64,000 nt of DNA. It comes from Candidatus Latescibacterota bacterium (lineage in GTDB: Bacteria > Latescibacterota > UBA2968). The notes beneath the pieces are model-generated. The model made no database searches. It worked only from the letters and a program-made list of their open reading frames with translations, and was not told the origin of the DNA. Within the stretch, counting starts at the first letter, position 1. Each line of letters starts with the position of its first letter. Position numbers and translations under genes: made by a program. The DNA lies in NCBI GenBank assembly GCA_965207885.1, contig OZ242311.1:2912001-2976000 (forward strand). Reading direction: 5' to 3'. This document shows, one piece after another, positions 60,552 to 64,000 of this stretch.

Positions 60552-61286
60552 CTATAGTGCGCGCCCGCGCAAAACCTCGCGGCATTGTCCCTCGCTATTG
60601 CCCGTCACATTATAGGCAAAGGTATTCATGCGGCGATCTCGATGCGATGTATTTGGTCCCGATCCGTGGATGGTCAATGCGCTAAAAAATACCCCATCGC
60701 CCGGTTCCATCGGAACGGGCACCGCGTCTTCTCGCTCGCGATAGTGCCCCGGCAAAAATACGCCAAAACTCATTTGTGCACGTCCGTGTTCTTGCAGACC
60801 CCATTTCTGGCTGCCGGGGATGAACTGAATACATCCATTTTCGTCATCTGCGCCGTCAATGGCGAGTTGACAATTTACCATCAGAGGCCGATTGTCTTCG
60901 CGTTTCCAATACGCGTAATCCTGATGCCAGGGTATTGCCGTGCCATCGCGTGCGGCTTTCATCAATAGCTTGCTGTGATACAGTGAGATATTCGGCCCGA
61001 TCAGTGCTTCTATAATATCCAACATATCATCGCAGCGCAATGCGCGATTTAATCCCTCGCTGATTACTTCGCTGTGCATTAACTGTCGGATGCGCCTGGG
61101 CAGGTGCTCATCCTCAAATTCTTCCCATGAGATGCCGACTCTGTCGGGCATGTTTTTTGACATTCGCTCGTGCAAGCCCGCAATTTCTCGTTCGATATGG
61201 GAAATCTCTCCGGAAGTGATCAATCCCTTTTTTAACACATATCCATTCTGGTCGTAGAATTTTTGTTCTGCATCCGTTAGCCCCAT
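60552..61286 (-). CDS. PhyH family dioxygenase
   Basis: FYDQNGY; PWHQDY; HGSGPN. Confidence 0.9.
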   Translation of the reverse strand: MGLTDAEQKFYDQNGYVLKKGLITSGEISHIEREIAGLHERMSKNMPDRVGISWEEFEDEHLPRRIRQLMHSEVISEGLNRALRCDDMLDIIEALIGPNISLYHSKLLMKAARDGTAIPWHQDYAYWKREDNRPLMVNCQLAIDGADDENGCIQFIPGSQKWGLQEHGRAQMSFGVFLPGHYREREDAVPVPMEPGDGVFFSALTIHGSGPNTSHRDRRMNTFAYNVTGNSEGQCREVLRGRAL

Positions 61287-61484
61287 GGAACACTCCTTTG
61301 AAGTTTCAACCAATATCTAATTTACAAATTATGACACGCTCTTGCAAAATCATTTATATTGTATAACGTGCAAATTAGAAATAGGGAACAGAAAAAGAGT
61401 GGCTGACGTATAATTGAGATTGAGCGCGTTTGTTATGCTCTATTTTTTTCACCGCCCAATTGGGCATTAAAATAAGGAAAGCCG

Positions 61485-63641
61485 ATGAAAATACGTATTC
61501 TTTTTGCTTTGTTGTTCTGTATCTCTCTTTTGGGAAGTATTTCCGAGGCGTCTGATTGGACGCACTGGCGCGGTCCCATGCAAAATGGCGCTTCGCCGGA
61601 GACTGGGCTTATTTCTACCTGGTCTCTGGAGGGCGAAAATCTGATCTGGCGCCGTGATTTTATCGGCAGATCTACACCGATTATTGTAAATGGTCGGGTC
61701 TATGTTATCGGGCGAACCGGCAAAGACATAACCGAGCAGGAGCACATCGCGTGTTTTGATGCGGAAACAGGTGATCTCATTTGGGAAAAGAAATTCAATG
61801 TCTGGCACTCAACCATAACCTTCAATCGTCTGGGATGGGCAAGCCTGGGGGCCGATGGCGAGACCGGTAATATTTACGCCCATCTCGTCAGTGGATTATT
61901 GATCTGTTTTGATACCGATGGCTATGTCCAGTGGCAGCGGTCTCTAACCGAAGAATTTAACCGATTCTCCGGTTATGGCGGACGATTGCACACGCCCGTT
62001 GTCGATGGCGATCTGGTTATCATCAGCATGGGCAATCGCGGATGGGCTGGTGTACCTCCTTCTCATCGGTATGTTGCCTTTAATAAACATACGGGTGAAA
62101 CCGCGTGGATGGCTCGTCCAGGCGGCGGTGGGCAGGTTGATTTAACCGTTTACTCTACGCCTGTTGTCACGACAATTGACGGGCAGCGCGTGTTGGTTGC
62201 CGGCAATGGCAATGGCGGTATTTTTGCCTTCAAAGTCGCAACGGGCGAAAAAGTATGGGGTTTTTCATTCAGTAAGCGCGGCATCAATACCTCGCCTGTT
62301 GTGGCTGATAATCGCGTTTATGTCGCACATAGTGAAGAAAATGTCGATAATACCTCTCTTGGTCGCGTTGCGTGTTTGGATGCGCGTACGGGCAAAGAAA
62401 TCTGGCGACAAGACGGTATGACCGCGGGCTATGCTTCGCCAGCGGTTCACGCGGGACGCGTCTATGTGATCGACAATTCGGCCAATGTGCATTGTTTAGA
62501 CGCCAAAACGGGAAAGCAATATTGGGAGCAAAATATCGGCACTGTGGGCAAGGGATCGCCGACCTGGGCCGATGGAAAACTCTATGTTACTGAAGTCAAT
62601 GGCGGCTTCCAGATTCTCAAAACGAACAATATGAACGCTGAAGTGCTCGACAAAAAGAAAATTGCAATGCCCGAAGGTGGGCATGCCGAGATCTACGGAT
62701 CAGCCGCTGTTGCGTATCGCCGCATCTATTTTGCGACCGAAGCCGGGTTGTTTTGTCTGGGCGATAAAAACGCGCGATTTGAAGTCACGCCTTCTCCCCA
62801 TACAAAGCACGAAAGCGCGCCTTCGAGTGCTGAACCAGCATCTATTCTTTCTATTCCGGCTGAGGCGACCATACAACAAGGCGAGGTACTGCCTCTGCGG
62901 GCAGAGGCTTATGACGAGAAGGGCCGCTTGATCGGCAATGCCGACGTCGAGTGGTCGTTGAATGGCCTGGATGGAGAAATAAAGAATAATCAGTTTGTAC
63001 CATCCCGACCGGGACAGGGCGGGTGGATCACGGCCAAACTGGGGGAATTAACCCGACAAACCTGGGTGCGCGTGGTGCCCGATGTGCCCTGGACAGAGGA
63101 TTTTGAAAATGTCGAAGTCGGCACAAATCCATTGCACTGGGTGTGGGGGGGCAGGGGTTTTGTGGTGGAGGAAAAAGATGGCAACATGGTGCTGGCAAAA
63201 CCGCCAGCTGCACGCGGCTTAGACCGGTCAAATCTCTACGTGGCGCCATACAACTTCAGTGGCTATACGATTCAGGCCGATCTTATGGGTACGCAGAACA
63301 AGCGCCGACGTCCCGATATGGGGCTTGTAGCGCATCGCTATATCCTCGACCTTCAGGGCATTCACCAACGCCTTGAAGTGCGATCGTGGTCGTCGGATTT
63401 GCGCATGGCAAAACGCATTGATTTCCACTGGGACATGGGGGTGTGGTACACCATGAAAATGAGAGTTGATATCGAAGGCGGTAAAGCTATCGTTCGGGGC
63501 AAAGTCTGGAAAAAAGGCGATCCCGAACCCGATGCGTGGAGTATTGAAGTAGAGGATCCCCTGCCGATAGAAGAGGGCAGCCCCGCGCTTTACGGCTATT
63601 CACCCGCCACGATTTACTACGATAATGTGAAAGTGTGGTAA
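61485..63641 (+). CDS. Secreted PQQ-like beta-propeller protein
   Basis: Signal peptide; DWTHWRGP; repeated DAxTGxxxW. Confidence 0.87.
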   Translation: MKIRILFALLFCISLLGSISEASDWTHWRGPMQNGASPETGLISTWSLEGENLIWRRDFIGRSTPIIVNGRVYVIGRTGKDITEQEHIACFDAETGDLIWEKKFNVWHSTITFNRLGWASLGADGETGNIYAHLVSGLLICFDTDGYVQWQRSLTEEFNRFSGYGGRLHTPVVDGDLVIISMGNRGWAGVPPSHRYVAFNKHTGETAWMARPGGGGQVDLTVYSTPVVTTIDGQRVLVAGNGNGGIFAFKVATGEKVWGFSFSKRGINTSPVVADNRVYVAHSEENVDNTSLGRVACLDARTGKEIWRQDGMTAGYASPAVHAGRVYVIDNSANVHCLDAKTGKQYWEQNIGTVGKGSPTWADGKLYVTEVNGGFQILKTNNMNAEVLDKKKIAMPEGGHAEIYGSAAVAYRRIYFATEAGLFCLGDKNARFEVTPSPHTKHESAPSSAEPASILSIPAEATIQQGEVLPLRAEAYDEKGRLIGNADVEWSLNGLDGEIKNNQFVPSRPGQGGWITAKLGELTRQTWVRVVPDVPWTEDFENVEVGTNPLHWVWGGRGFVVEEKDGNMVLAKPPAARGLDRSNLYVAPYNFSGYTIQADLMGTQNKRRRPDMGLVAHRYILDLQGIHQRLEVRSWSSDLRMAKRIDFHWDMGVWYTMKMRVDIEGGKAIVRGKVWKKGDPEPDAWSIEVEDPLPIEEGSPALYGYSPATIYYDNVKVW

Positions 63642-63673
63642 TCTTTATAACCCCTTACAGATAAAGGAATAAA

Positions 63674-64000
63674 ATGAAATTGAAACGACTTTTTAGCGGA
63701 TGTGCCATCGTTGGTTTAATCGTATCGACTGGTATTGCTGAAGAGGTTATGTGGGGATTTACTCCAGATCGCAACCTCGTGTCAGACGCAAAAAATTTGC
63801 CAATGAACTGGAATGTAGAAACGGGTGAAAATATCGCCTGGAAAGCAGATCTCGGTTCGCAGTCCTACGCCGGTCCCATCAGGGTTGGTGGAAAAATATT
63901 CATGGGTACAAATAACCAGATTGAGCGCAATCCCAAAGTCACGGGTGACAAGGGCGTGATCATGGCGTTTCAGGAATCCGATGGGAAATTTCTCTGGCAA
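63674..64000 (+). CDS. Secreted PQQ-like beta-propeller protein (partial, runs off the window)
   Basis: AAGGA RBS; MKLKRLFSG...WNVETGENIAWKADLGSQSY. Confidence 0.75.
   Translation, partial: MKLKRLFSGCAIVGLIVSTGIAEEVMWGFTPDRNLVSDAKNLPMNWNVETGENIAWKADLGSQSYAGPIRVGGKIFMGTNNQIERNPKVTGDKGVIMAFQESDGKFLWQ

Noticed and set aside
1-64000. CRISPR array, tRNA or rRNA genes, integron integrase
   Set aside because: No regularly spaced repeats, no recognisable RNA gene motifs and no tyrosine recombinase motifs were seen.

Overview
Bacterial DNA, inferred to come from a Latescibacterota/Poribacteria-like organism (dockerin-like tags, DUF6785 transporter, several sulfatases and PhyH dioxygenases, PQQ propellers). 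It has three parts. (1) Positions 1-33.7 kb, resuming at 47.36-49.46 kb: a dense array of 34 mostly unrelated genes, all on the + strand, whose base composition changes from gene to gene. The spacers hold two attC-like sites and several broken ones, stubs of other genes, collapsed head+tail scars of genes that are intact elsewhere in the array, and a repeated ~97-bp promoter-like module. No integrase is present in the window. (2) Positions 33723-47358: a probable 13.6-kb composite transposon bounded by two inverted 937-bp IS5-family copies. It carries sulfatase, YHYH and dockerin-tagged secreted proteins, an IS4, an Rpn-family nuclease and a truncated DUF488-RecQ fusion. (3) From ~50.8 kb: ordinary chromosomal genes (UvrD with an exonuclease insert, lpxH-like, glpK, purC, transporter, PQQ-propeller proteins). 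The best candidate for an undescribed system is the array, which looks like a gene-capture locus edited by deletion and possibly by recombination with related arrays. All family calls come from motif recognition by eye; no database searches were run.
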